Part shown: positions 49,109 to 58,229 of the stretch, piece by piece | Layout of the letters: each line of letters begins with the position of its first letter | Position numbering within the stretch: the first letter of the stretch is position 1 | NCBI GenBank assembly: GCA_965202985.1 | Contig: CBDBCF010000001.1 | Coordinates: 1,120,001-1,184,000, forward strand | DNA: 64,000 nucleotides | Direction of reading: 5' to 3' | Source of the DNA: Longimicrobiales bacterium | GTDB lineage: Bacteria > Gemmatimonadota > Gemmatimonadetes > Longimicrobiales > Gaopeijiaceae | Notes under the pieces: generated by a model | Told to the model about the DNA's origin: nothing | Database searches by the model: none | The model's input: only the letters and a program-made list of their open reading frames with translations | Position numbers and translations under genes: made by a program

Positions 49109-49849
49109 TTGGGCGTCGAGTTGGAGCCGGCTTCGGTCCGCGTCGAAGCGATGACAGCGTCGTACCGACGCAGGTTCCGTCGTCGCGAAGTGCTGCACGG
49201 GGTCGATCTGGCGGTGGCGCCCGGACAGATCGCCGCGGTCGTGGGGCCGAACGGGGCCGGCAAGACGACGTTGCTGCGCATCCTCGCGGCTTTCAAGCAA
49301 CCCGACCACGGACGCTGCACGATCGCCGGCTTGTCACCGGAAGCCTATCGACGCCGGTTCGGCTGTGGATACCTGCCGGAATCGCTGGTCTTTCCCCGGG
49401 TCTGGACGTGCCGCGACATCCTTGGACGCAGCGCGGACCTGTCGGCGGAGCCGGCCGAGCGAGAGGCCGCGTTCGCGCGTTCGGTGGCCAGGAGCGGCCT
49501 CGACGCCGAGACGCTCGACAAGCCCGCCCGGCTGTGCTCGAAGGGCACGCGCCACAGGCTGGGACTGGCCCACGCCCTTGCGGGAGAACCAGCGTTCGTT
49601 GTGCTCGACGAACCGTTCTCGGGGTTGGACGCGCGGGCGCGGGCGGCGTTGCGCGACCAAGTGCGAGCAGCCCGCGATAGGGGCGCCGCAGTGCTGTTCG
49701 CAAGTCACGAGACCGCGGAAGTGCACCGGCTGGCCGACCAAGTCCACATCTTGGAAGACGGCCGCGCCCGGCCGTGGTCGGCGCAGTCGGAGGACCCCGC
49801 GACCGATTTGGAGGCGCTGGAGGCCGAGCTGTTGCGGGGCGCCTCGTGA
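49109..49849 (+). CDS. ABC transporter ATP-binding protein
   Basis: GPNGAGKTT, SKG signature variant, LDEPFSGLD, SH switch. Confidence 0.88.
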   Translation: MGVELEPASVRVEAMTASYRRRFRRREVLHGVDLAVAPGQIAAVVGPNGAGKTTLLRILAAFKQPDHGRCTIAGLSPEAYRRRFGCGYLPESLVFPRVWTCRDILGRSADLSAEPAEREAAFARSVARSGLDAETLDKPARLCSKGTRHRLGLAHALAGEPAFVVLDEPFSGLDARARAALRDQVRAARDRGAAVLFASHETAEVHRLADQVHILEDGRARPWSAQSEDPATDLEALEAELLRGAS

Positions 49850-50568
49850 GCACCCGTCTGGTTCCGGCGTCCAGGCAGATCGCGTTGGTCTTTCGCGAGA
49901 ACGTGGCCGGGTTCGCGGGCCTGATCGCTCTTGCAGGCGCGTTCTACGGGCTGTACGGGCTGACGGAGGACGGAATCGACGACTGGATGAACCCCGGGGT
50001 GACGCTGGTGGTCGCCTTCGTGCCGGTCGTGGTCGTGGGCAGCCTGCGCGAGGCTGCGGCAGGCGGCCGGACGCTATGGCTTCAGAAGCCGGTCGATCCC
50101 GTTCGATTCCACTTCGCTCGCTTTCTCCATGTCGCGTTCGTCGCAACCGTGTCGACGGTGCTCTTCCGATGCGCCGCGACGGCGGTCGGGCTGGCGGCCG
50201 GTTGGGCACCGGACGAGCACCCGCTGCGACCTGTCCCCATCGAAGCCTTGACGGCCTTCGTCGTAGTCGCCGTCGGCTTCGGGCTGTCGTGCTGGTGGGG
50301 AAACCGCGGCCGCTTGGCAACGGTCGCGTACTTGTCGTTCAGCGTCGCCGCCCTCTTCCAGATCGACGTGTTGCAGCCCGAGGCAAGCGACGGATTCTGG
50401 GGACGTGTCGTTCGGGTGGTGCTCTTCCCGTTCGGGGCTCGTCGCGAGGTCGGTTCGTTCCTGGCGGGCAACGCCGAACCCGACTGGCGACCGGTGGTCT
50501 GGCTGGTGGCCTACACGGCCGCGTGGCTCGTGGTCGGCGTGATCGGCATCACGAAGCTCCGCCGCTAG
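49846..50568 (+). CDS. putative ABC-2-type permease
   Basis: About 6 TM segments, overlaps ATPase stop. Confidence 0.65.
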   Translation: MSTRLVPASRQIALVFRENVAGFAGLIALAGAFYGLYGLTEDGIDDWMNPGVTLVVAFVPVVVVGSLREAAAGGRTLWLQKPVDPVRFHFARFLHVAFVATVSTVLFRCAATAVGLAAGWAPDEHPLRPVPIEALTAFVVVAVGFGLSCWWGNRGRLATVAYLSFSVAALFQIDVLQPEASDGFWGRVVRVVLFPFGARREVGSFLAGNAEPDWRPVVWLVAYTAAWLVVGVIGITKLRR

Positions 50569-51158
50569 CCGGGCTCGGCGGGGGACGGCCGCCAAACCGT
50601 CTCGTAGCCCGGCGCGGCCAAGTTCCATCGCTTGCCGTAGACGTGCAGGCGCCGGGTGGAGGCGCCGTTCGCGACCAGCGGGCCGGCGGCGTGGGTCCAC
50701 GCCAAGATGCTGCCTTCCATGTTGAACGCCCGCACGCCTCGTTTGGCCATCCGCTCGGCCCACGCCGAACTCCGGAAGCCGATGGTGCAGTACGCGACCA
50801 CGGTTCGACCGGCCGGGACGGCGGCGCCGGATTCCGCCAGCGCGGCTTCGAACTCGGCTTGGGACACGGCCCCGGGCAACATGGACACGCCCCTCTCTTC
50901 GGGAGACCGCACGTCGACCAGGACGAGGCTGCCGGTCTTCATCGCCTCCATCACCTCCGGGGGCGAGAGCACGGGAACGCCGGGGTACTCTTGGCGCACC
51001 GCCTGGACCGCCCGGGCTACCGCCGAGCGCTTGTCAGCGTCGTTGCCGGGCGACTGGCCGCACGCCCCCGACAGCGGGAGCACGCACGCGGCGACCACGA
51101 CCGACGCGCGCCGAACGAGAATCCGCGGCCAAAGTCCGGCCGGCGTCAACGCCCTCAC
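50565..51158 (-). CDS. rhodanese-domain (lipo)protein
   Basis: VDVR, YCTIGFRS, GSILAW. Confidence 0.85.
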   Translation of the reverse strand: MRALTPAGLWPRILVRRASVVVAACVLPLSGACGQSPGNDADKRSAVARAVQAVRQEYPGVPVLSPPEVMEAMKTGSLVLVDVRSPEERGVSMLPGAVSQAEFEAALAESGAAVPAGRTVVAYCTIGFRSSAWAERMAKRGVRAFNMEGSILAWTHAAGPLVANGASTRRLHVYGKRWNLAAPGYETVWRPSPAEPG

Positions 51159-52627
51159 GGCCGAAACACGTCGTTGACGGCGGTCGCGTCGAAGCCGCGG
51201 CCCTCCAAGAACGACACTGCGGCGGAGGCCCGGGCGCCGCTCAGGCAGTGGACCACGAGCCGCTTGTCTCGCGGGAGTTCGTTCAGCCGGGGCGCGAGCC
51301 GGGTGTGGGCGATGTTGATCGCGCCCTCGATGTGCCCGTTCGCGTATTCCGACGCCCGTCGCACGTCCACGACGCACGCGCCCGAGTCTTGGTCTCGCTG
51401 GCGACGACGCGCCTCGGCCAAGTCGACGACCTCCGTGGACGCCAGCGTTCGCCCCGCAGCTCGGTAGTCGTCCAAGGCGGCGGGCGGCGCCCAGCCGACG
51501 ATGTGGTCCAGGCCGATCCGAACCAGGCTCCGCACCGCCTCTTCCACCTCGGCTTCCAGGCAAAGAAGCGCGATCGGCTGGTCCGGCTCCAGGTAGGAGC
51601 CCGCAACGACGGGGAAGGCCTTGTTCAGCGGAGCGTAGACGGCGCCGGGGACATGGGCGGCGTAGTAGGCCATGCGGTCGCCGCGCATGTCCAAGACCAC
51701 GGGGCGGCGCGCGACGGGGCGGCGGACGGGCGGGCGGGCCACGGGCGAGACAGCGCCCGAGGCGTCGTCGGAGGGGGCGTCCGGGCCTGTCGCCAGTTCC
51801 GCGCCCTCCAGGCGGCGCGGGCGAGGCAATTCGCCCAGCAGCGCGGGTCCGCGGCGGTTCTCGGTCTTCATGCGCCCGAAGTAGAACGGCGGCTCGGGCT
51901 GGCCGTCCAAGATGTAGTCCAGGAACGCTTCCTCGCCCCGCCGGACGGCGGCCAGCGCCGGGCTGCAGCGCGTCTCGTAGCCCACGGTGGTGTCGGGCAC
52001 GGCGCCCAACGCCTTGCCGCAGGCGCTGCCGGCTCCGTGGCCGGGCCACACGCGAAGGTACTCGGGCAACCGGAAGACGCCTTGGGCCGAGGCGTAGAGC
52101 TGGCGGGCCGACGGTTCCATGGCCCCGGCTTGCCCCGCCGCGGACTCCAGCAGATCGGGCCGCCCCAAGTCGCCCACGAACACGAAGTCGCCGGACATCA
52201 TGCCCATGGGGTCTTGCGCGCCGGCGCCCTCGTCGGTGACCAGCAGGCTCATGTGCTCGGGCGTGTGGCCCGGCGTGTGGACGGCCTGGAAGCGGACGCC
52301 CCCCACCGAGAACTCCTGTCCGTCGCGAAGCTCGACGACGCGGTCCCGGCCCTCGGCCCACAGGCAGCGCCACTCGGCGCCGCCTTCGCCGGACACGTAC
52401 GCCTTGCATCCGTGACGCTCCACCAGCTCCCGACAGCCCGAAAGGAAGTCGGCGTGGACATGGGTCTCGGCGGCGGCCGTGATCCGGAGCCCTTCGCGCC
52501 GGGCGGCGTCCAGGTAGCGGTCCACGTCGCGCTGGGGGTCAACGACCAGCGCTTCGCCCGAACGCTGGCAGCCCACGACGTAGGCGTACTGGGCCAGCCG
52601 CTCGTCGGCGACCTGCTTGAAGAACAT
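51155..52627 (-). CDS. MBL-fold hydrolase-rhodanese fusion (persulfide dioxygenase/Blh-like)
   Basis: THVHADFLSG, TPGHTPEH, GRPDL, PGHGAGSACG, HCLSGARA. Confidence 0.9.
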   Translation of the reverse strand: MFFKQVADERLAQYAYVVGCQRSGEALVVDPQRDVDRYLDAARREGLRITAAAETHVHADFLSGCRELVERHGCKAYVSGEGGAEWRCLWAEGRDRVVELRDGQEFSVGGVRFQAVHTPGHTPEHMSLLVTDEGAGAQDPMGMMSGDFVFVGDLGRPDLLESAAGQAGAMEPSARQLYASAQGVFRLPEYLRVWPGHGAGSACGKALGAVPDTTVGYETRCSPALAAVRRGEEAFLDYILDGQPEPPFYFGRMKTENRRGPALLGELPRPRRLEGAELATGPDAPSDDASGAVSPVARPPVRRPVARRPVVLDMRGDRMAYYAAHVPGAVYAPLNKAFPVVAGSYLEPDQPIALLCLEAEVEEAVRSLVRIGLDHIVGWAPPAALDDYRAAGRTLASTEVVDLAEARRRQRDQDSGACVVDVRRASEYANGHIEGAINIAHTRLAPRLNELPRDKRLVVHCLSGARASAAVSFLEGRGFDATAVNDVFRP

Positions 52628-52685
52628 GGCGGGGCTCCCGGTGGTCTGGGTTCTTGCGTCCGTGATTGTATATTCGAGAGGTGCG

Positions 52686-52758
52686 GCCCTGCTAGCTCAA
52701 CTGGTAGAGCATCCGACTCTTAATCGGCAGGTTCGGGGTTCGAGTCCCTGGCGGGGCA
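52686..52758 (+). tRNA. tRNA-Lys(CTT)
   Basis: GCCCTGCTAGCTCAACTGGTAGAGC..CTCTTAA..GGTTCGAGTCC..GCGGGGCA. Confidence 0.93.
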
Positions 52759-52759
52759 C

Positions 52760-53803
52760 TCACGGCAGGTAGATGCGAAGGGCTGCGGCGGGCTCGGTCG
52801 CCTTGGCCCGAAACGCCCCCATGACGGCGGGGAGCAGGGCGAAGCGGACGGCGTTGAGGGTTGTCGCGCCGACCGACAGCGCACCCGACAAAACGCCCCA
52901 GATCTCGAACGCGTCGCCGGCCAGCTCCCCTTCGTAGGCGGCGCCGGCATTCAGGGTTAGCCGCTCCACGACGAACTCGTCGCACTGTGCGACCACCTCT
53001 TGTTGCAGGCCGGCCTCGTGGCGCAGCAGTCGAGGCTCTTGGACGCCCGGGCGAGCCCCCGGTTCTTGGCCCACCCCCGACTCTGGCCAGCGGACCGCCT
53101 CCAGCGCTTCGGCGACGTGCAGCTCCCGCGGGGGAGCGTCGGGGTCCGGCGTCCGCCCCCAGTCGTACAGCCGATAGGTCACGTCCGAACTCTGCTGCAC
53201 TTCGGCCAGGACCACGCCGGGGAGGATCGCGTGAACGGTGCCCGCAGGGACCAGCACCGCGTCGCCGGCACGCACGCGGACTCGATTGAGGCACGCTTCG
53301 ACCCGTCCGGCGGCCGCGGCTCGGCGAAGGTCTTCCGGTCCGACTCCGGGATTCAGCCCCACGACCACTTCCGCGTCCGGTTCGGCGTGCAGGACGTACC
53401 ACATCTCCGTCTTTCCGCGCTCGGGCGGGCGGCGGGCCGCCGCTTGGGCGTCGCCGGGATGGACTTGAACGGAAAGGGGCCGGCAGGCGTCCAGCAGCTT
53501 GACCAGCAGCGGGAAGGTGCGGGCCGCCCCGGCCGCTTGCACGCCCTTGCGCCCAAGGAGCGCCTCGCCGAAGCGCGCGACAAGCTCCGACAGAGCGCAT
53601 CCCTGGAGCGGCCCTCGATCCACCGTGGTGGGCCCCGCCGAGTGGCCGGACACCTCCCAGCTCTCGGCGACGACTCCCGGCGGCAACCGGCGGCCGAACA
53701 GCCGTGCCAAGTTTCGTCCGCCCCAGACGTAGTCCTTCAACGCCGGAGCGAACGTGAGCGGCGCATGGAGCGGCCCCGTCGCCGAGGGCGCCGCCCCTAC
53801 CAC
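52760..53803 (-). CDS. type I mannose-6-phosphate isomerase
   Basis: YVWGG, AESWE, PLLVKLLD, LSVQVHP, KTEMWY, QSSDVTYRLYDW. Confidence 0.88.
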   Translation of the reverse strand: MVGAAPSATGPLHAPLTFAPALKDYVWGGRNLARLFGRRLPPGVVAESWEVSGHSAGPTTVDRGPLQGCALSELVARFGEALLGRKGVQAAGAARTFPLLVKLLDACRPLSVQVHPGDAQAAARRPPERGKTEMWYVLHAEPDAEVVVGLNPGVGPEDLRRAAAAGRVEACLNRVRVRAGDAVLVPAGTVHAILPGVVLAEVQQSSDVTYRLYDWGRTPDPDAPPRELHVAEALEAVRWPESGVGQEPGARPGVQEPRLLRHEAGLQQEVVAQCDEFVVERLTLNAGAAYEGELAGDAFEIWGVLSGALSVGATTLNAVRFALLPAVMGAFRAKATEPAAALRIYLP

Positions 53804-55992
53804 ATGCTCACCTGGATGCGCAGGGTGCGACCCGGCTGGGGCAGGCCGCACTGGTCCATCACGGTGGCGTCGGACACGTTCGACAAGATGACGGCGGCGG
53901 CCAAGCCGCGGCCGGCGACGGAGCCGGGGCGGCTGCCCGAGTAGAAGGCGCGACGGGCCTCCAGGTCCAGGGTCGCGCTCGAGTCCAGCGAGTCGGGACC
54001 GACGATGTCGGGGTTTTGGCAGAACTGGTTGCCGCGGAAGCGTAGGGCGCCGGTCAGCGCAACGTCGCCGGGGACCGCAAGAGTCAGTCGCAAGTTGCCG
54101 GCGGCGGCAGGTTCGTACTCGGCCTGCAGGTCTTCGTCGGGGCGCTCCGGGTCCTCGACTCGCACGCGCTGCAGGGTAAGGTCGCCGCCAAAGGTCAAGC
54201 GGCCTCGCGTGCCGGCTGCCAGCAGCTCCAGGCCGGTGGAACTCACTTGGTCGCGGTTCACGCGCTGGAACTTGGTGCCCTCGGGCGTGTACACCAGCAT
54301 CCGCGCAATGCCGTCGCGCAGATAGTGGTGAAAGCCGACGGCCTGGAAGCTCGCGTTCCCGGCGGTCAACGTCACGCCCACCTCGGCGGCGATCAGGTTC
54401 TCGGGGCTCAGCGCGGGGTTCGGGGCGAAGCGGCCCAGTGCGCCGGAGTACAGTTCGCGCAGGGAAGGGAACCGCGTTCGGCGGCTGACGCCGGCATTGT
54501 ACTGCAGATTCCCGCCGCGGGCCGCACGGGTCGCGCCGGCGCGCAACCCCCAGTCCCACATCGTGCCCAAGCGCTCCTTGTCGCCGGAGAGCGGCGTCGA
54601 CGCGCCGTCCACCGACGCGCCAACGGTCCACCTAGTTTGGTAGGCGGCTCGCGCGCCGCTTCCAACGCCGTCGCCGTTGTCCCCACCCATCCCGGCTCCG
54701 ACCTCGACTTCGACGCCCAGGCTCCACAGCCGCTGTCGGTAGTCGAGCGCCTGGCCCCACGGGAACGACTCCGTATGGGTCACGTCCGCAAAGGTCGCGG
54801 CGCTGCGCAACTCCGCCTTGTTCAGGAACAGATGATCGCCCAGGAGGCGGCCCGTGACCGTGGTCGTCCGGCCGGTCTCGCCGTCCACCACGTCTTGGTA
54901 GGCCGGACTCGCGTACTCGGCGATCTCGGTCGTGGACCGGTCCAGGCCCAGGCTCATCTCCACGTCGCCTTCGCCGAGGTCGGTGCGCCGTTCGCCCGCG
55001 CCGCCGGAGATCGCCACGAACAGGCGCCGCTGGTTCGGATACCGCCACAGACGCGCCAGAGACGCGTGAGCTTCCGGCGGCACGCCGCGCCGCGCGTCGG
55101 AGATCGAGAACAGGACGGAAGACCAGGGACCCTCGTCGCTGCGGTAGCGGGCGGACACGAACCCGTCCGCGATTCGCCGATCCGAGTTGAGGCGCAGTCC
55201 GTCGTCGCCAGCCAAGTAGTAGTCCTGAAGCTTCGGGTCGGAGGCGGCGCCGTCCGGCAACGGAACCCCGTCCCGCTGCTGGCGCCCGCCCCCGGCGCGC
55301 ACGACCCAGGAAGAGTGGTCCCGCTCCAGGAACGCGCCCGCCCGGGCCGAAGCGCTTGTCCCTCCGGTCTGGTCCAGCGACACGCCGCCCGAGAACGCCG
55401 GCGGCGGAGACTGCTGGTCGGCGCCGCGCGCCACGTCGAACTCGAGTGCGCCGCCCAGGACGTTGGGGCCGTGCAGCATCGAGGACAGGCCGCGGAGAAG
55501 CGTCAGCTTTCGGACCGCCGTCAGGGGAATGACCGACATGTCGGTGCGGTGGTCCCAGCCCAACGTTAGGGGAATGCCGTCCAGCAGGATCGCGATCTGG
55601 CGGTCTTCGGCGCCTCGGAGGGCGGGTTGCGCCTCGCCGCGGGAGTTGGCCCGAATCTGGATCAGCGGCATGCGGCGCAGGAACTCCTCCATCGTCGGCG
55701 CGGCCAGCGTCGCCGCCGAATCCACGGACACCTCGACGGCGCTGGTGCCTCCCGTGGTGGCCGTCGGACGCGGCACCTCGACCCGCACGCCTCGGATCTC
55801 GACGGTGTCCTGCTGCTGCGTCCACCCATGGGCTGCCGGGGGAACGGGCGTCGCGCCTGCTTCCGCTGCAAGCGCCGCCAACGGCAACGCCATCATCGAC
55901 CGAAGCGCCCGCGTCACGGCCGGCGGCCGCGAACCCCCTTTCGCGCGCTTCCGCGTCGCCGACGCCCGCCCGTTCGTTGTTCCGCTGTTCAT
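53797..55992 (-). CDS. TonB-dependent receptor
   Basis: Plug LRG..LLDGIP, RG.SS.LHGPN.LGG, barrel ending PGRT..W. Confidence 0.88.
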   Translation of the reverse strand: MNSGTTNGRASATRKRAKGGSRPPAVTRALRSMMALPLAALAAEAGATPVPPAAHGWTQQQDTVEIRGVRVEVPRPTATTGGTSAVEVSVDSAATLAAPTMEEFLRRMPLIQIRANSRGEAQPALRGAEDRQIAILLDGIPLTLGWDHRTDMSVIPLTAVRKLTLLRGLSSMLHGPNVLGGALEFDVARGADQQSPPPAFSGGVSLDQTGGTSASARAGAFLERDHSSWVVRAGGGRQQRDGVPLPDGAASDPKLQDYYLAGDDGLRLNSDRRIADGFVSARYRSDEGPWSSVLFSISDARRGVPPEAHASLARLWRYPNQRRLFVAISGGAGERRTDLGEGDVEMSLGLDRSTTEIAEYASPAYQDVVDGETGRTTTVTGRLLGDHLFLNKAELRSAATFADVTHTESFPWGQALDYRQRLWSLGVEVEVGAGMGGDNGDGVGSGARAAYQTRWTVGASVDGASTPLSGDKERLGTMWDWGLRAGATRAARGGNLQYNAGVSRRTRFPSLRELYSGALGRFAPNPALSPENLIAAEVGVTLTAGNASFQAVGFHHYLRDGIARMLVYTPEGTKFQRVNRDQVSSTGLELLAAGTRGRLTFGGDLTLQRVRVEDPERPDEDLQAEYEPAAAGNLRLTLAVPGDVALTGALRFRGNQFCQNPDIVGPDSLDSSATLDLEARRAFYSGSRPGSVAGRGLAAAVILSNVSDATVMDQCGLPQPGRTLRIQVSMW

Positions 55993-56131
55993 ATTCACCT
56001 CCCGCATCGTGCGCGGTCCGGTCGTCCGGGGCCTAGGCCGCGCTCCTGGGAGGTTGTACCCGCTCAGCGGCGAAAAAGTTCGCACGGGGTTCCCTGCGCG
56101 GGCGTTCGCAAGCCGTGTTCCCGGCGGCCCG

Positions 56132-58225
56132 CTACGGGGGCGAGCCCGCCGATTCGGGCAGTCTGCGCACCGCCCGCTTCACCGCTTGGCAGACCGCGTC
56201 GGCGGTGATCCCGTACCGATCGTACAGCTCGGCATAGGGCGCCGACGCGCCGAACCGGTCGATCCCCAGCGCGACGCCGTCGGCACCGGTCCAGCGCTGC
56301 CATCCCATCGTGGCGGCGGCTTCCACGCCGACCACCGGAACGCCGGCGGGCAGCACCTCGGCCCGGTATTCGGCGGACTGGGCCGCGAACAGGCGCCAGC
56401 TGGGCAGGCTGACGACGCGCACTGCCACGCCTTCGCCCGCCAGCCGCGCCTGGGCCGCCAGCGCCACTCCCACCTCGGAGCCGGAGGCGGCCACGACGGC
56501 GGCCGGGCGCCCCCCGCGACGTAGATCGTGCTCCTCGTGCCCTCCGTGCCCCTCGCCCGCCTCGCGCAACACGTACCCGCCCCGGTGGAGACCCTGCGCC
56601 GAGGCCGTGCCGGGTTCGGTGCGATCGATCACGGGCACCGTCTGGCGGGTCAGCGACAGGAAGGCGGGACCGTCGGTGCGGTTCAGGGCCGCCCGCCACG
56701 CTTCGACCGTCTCGGGGCCGTCGGCGGGACGCAGGTCCAGCAGGTTGGGAACGGCGCGCAGGGCCGCCAGGTGCTCGACCGGCTGATGGGTCGGGCCGTC
56801 TTCCCCCAGTCCGATGCTGTCGTGCGTGAAGACGTAGACTACCGGAAGCCCCATCAGCGCCGCCAAGCGGATCGCCGGGCGCATGTAGTCGGAGAAGACC
56901 AGGAACGTGCCGCCGAAGGGACGAACGCCGCCGTGGAGCGCCATTCCGTTCATGATCGCGCCCATGGCGTGCTCGCGGACGCCGAAGTGGACGATCCGCC
57001 CTGCAGGGTTCTCCGCCGACAGGTCGCCGCCGCCCGCGATGTCGGTCTTGTTGGAGCCGCCCAGGTCCGCCGACCCGCCCACCAGCCAGGGCACGGCCCG
57101 CGCCGCGGCCTGGAGAACCTTGCCGGAGTGGTTGCGCGTGGCGGTGGCCGGCGCCGTGGACAGGTCCGGCAATCCTTCGTCCCAGGAAGGAGGCGGCGCT
57201 CCGCGCAGCGCGTCTTCGAACGCCGCGGCTTTGGCCGGAAAGCGCTCCCGGTACGCTTCCATGCCCCGGACCCAGGTCGTTCGCGCCTCTGCCCGCCGCT
57301 CCGCGCAGCGACGCCAGTGCTGCACCGCCTCCGGGACCACGTGGAAGGGCTCCAGCGACGGCCAGCCCAAGGCGCGCTTGGTGGCCTCGACCTCTTCTTC
57401 GCCCAGCGGCGCCCCGTGCGTGGATGCGAGCCCCGCCATGTTGGGACTGCCGTCGGCGATCGTGGTGCGGAGCACGATCAGCGTGGGGCGGTCGGTCTCG
57501 GCGCTGGCCGCCGACAGGGCCGCGTCGACGGCGTCCAGGTCGCTGCCGTCCTCCACCGACAGCGTGTGCCAGCCGTACCCCTCGAAGCGCCGGGCGTGGT
57601 CGGTGGCGGTGGCCAGCTCGGTCGAGCCCTCGATCGTGATCCGGTTGTCGTCGAAGATCCACGTCAGCTTGCCCAGCTTCTGATGGCCCGCGATCTCGGC
57701 GGCTTCGTGCGAGAGTCCCTCCATGAGGTCGCCGTCGGAGCAGAGGGCGTAGACGCGGTGGTCCACAAGGCGATGACCCTCGCGGTTGTGCAGGTGCGCC
57801 AGCCGGCGTTCGGCCAGCGCCATGCCCACCGAGTTGGCGACGCCTTGGCCCAGGGGGCCGGTGGTCGTTTCCACGCCAGCGGTGTGGCCGTGCTCGGGAT
57901 GGCCCGGCGTCTTGCTGCCCCACTGGCGGAAGCGACGGACGTCGTCCAGGGAGACGTCGTAGCCGGAGAGGTGCAGCACGCCGTACAGGAGCATGGAGGC
58001 GTGGCCGGCGGACAGGACGAACCGGTCCCGGTCGGGCCAGTCGGGGTGCGCCGGGTCGTGGTGCAGGTGGCGGGTCCACAGGACGTACGCGGCGGGCGCC
58101 AGGGCCATGGGCGTTCCGGGATGGCCCGACCGGGCGGCCTGAACGGCGTCGATCGCCAGGACCTTCAAGGCGTCCACGGCCAGCTTCTCGATCGCGGGCG
58201 GGGTCGCCGGGCGCGCATCGCTCAC
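56132..58225 (-). CDS. tkt: transketolase
   Basis: SGHPG, RDRFVLSAGH, GDLMEG, HDSIGLGEDGPTHQP. Confidence 0.97.
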   Translation of the reverse strand: MSDARPATPPAIEKLAVDALKVLAIDAVQAARSGHPGTPMALAPAAYVLWTRHLHHDPAHPDWPDRDRFVLSAGHASMLLYGVLHLSGYDVSLDDVRRFRQWGSKTPGHPEHGHTAGVETTTGPLGQGVANSVGMALAERRLAHLHNREGHRLVDHRVYALCSDGDLMEGLSHEAAEIAGHQKLGKLTWIFDDNRITIEGSTELATATDHARRFEGYGWHTLSVEDGSDLDAVDAALSAASAETDRPTLIVLRTTIADGSPNMAGLASTHGAPLGEEEVEATKRALGWPSLEPFHVVPEAVQHWRRCAERRAEARTTWVRGMEAYRERFPAKAAAFEDALRGAPPPSWDEGLPDLSTAPATATRNHSGKVLQAAARAVPWLVGGSADLGGSNKTDIAGGGDLSAENPAGRIVHFGVREHAMGAIMNGMALHGGVRPFGGTFLVFSDYMRPAIRLAALMGLPVVYVFTHDSIGLGEDGPTHQPVEHLAALRAVPNLLDLRPADGPETVEAWRAALNRTDGPAFLSLTRQTVPVIDRTEPGTASAQGLHRGGYVLREAGEGHGGHEEHDLRRGGRPAAVVAASGSEVGVALAAQARLAGEGVAVRVVSLPSWRLFAAQSAEYRAEVLPAGVPVVGVEAAATMGWQRWTGADGVALGIDRFGASAPYAELYDRYGITADAVCQAVKRAVRRLPESAGSPP

Positions 58226-58229
58226 GGGG

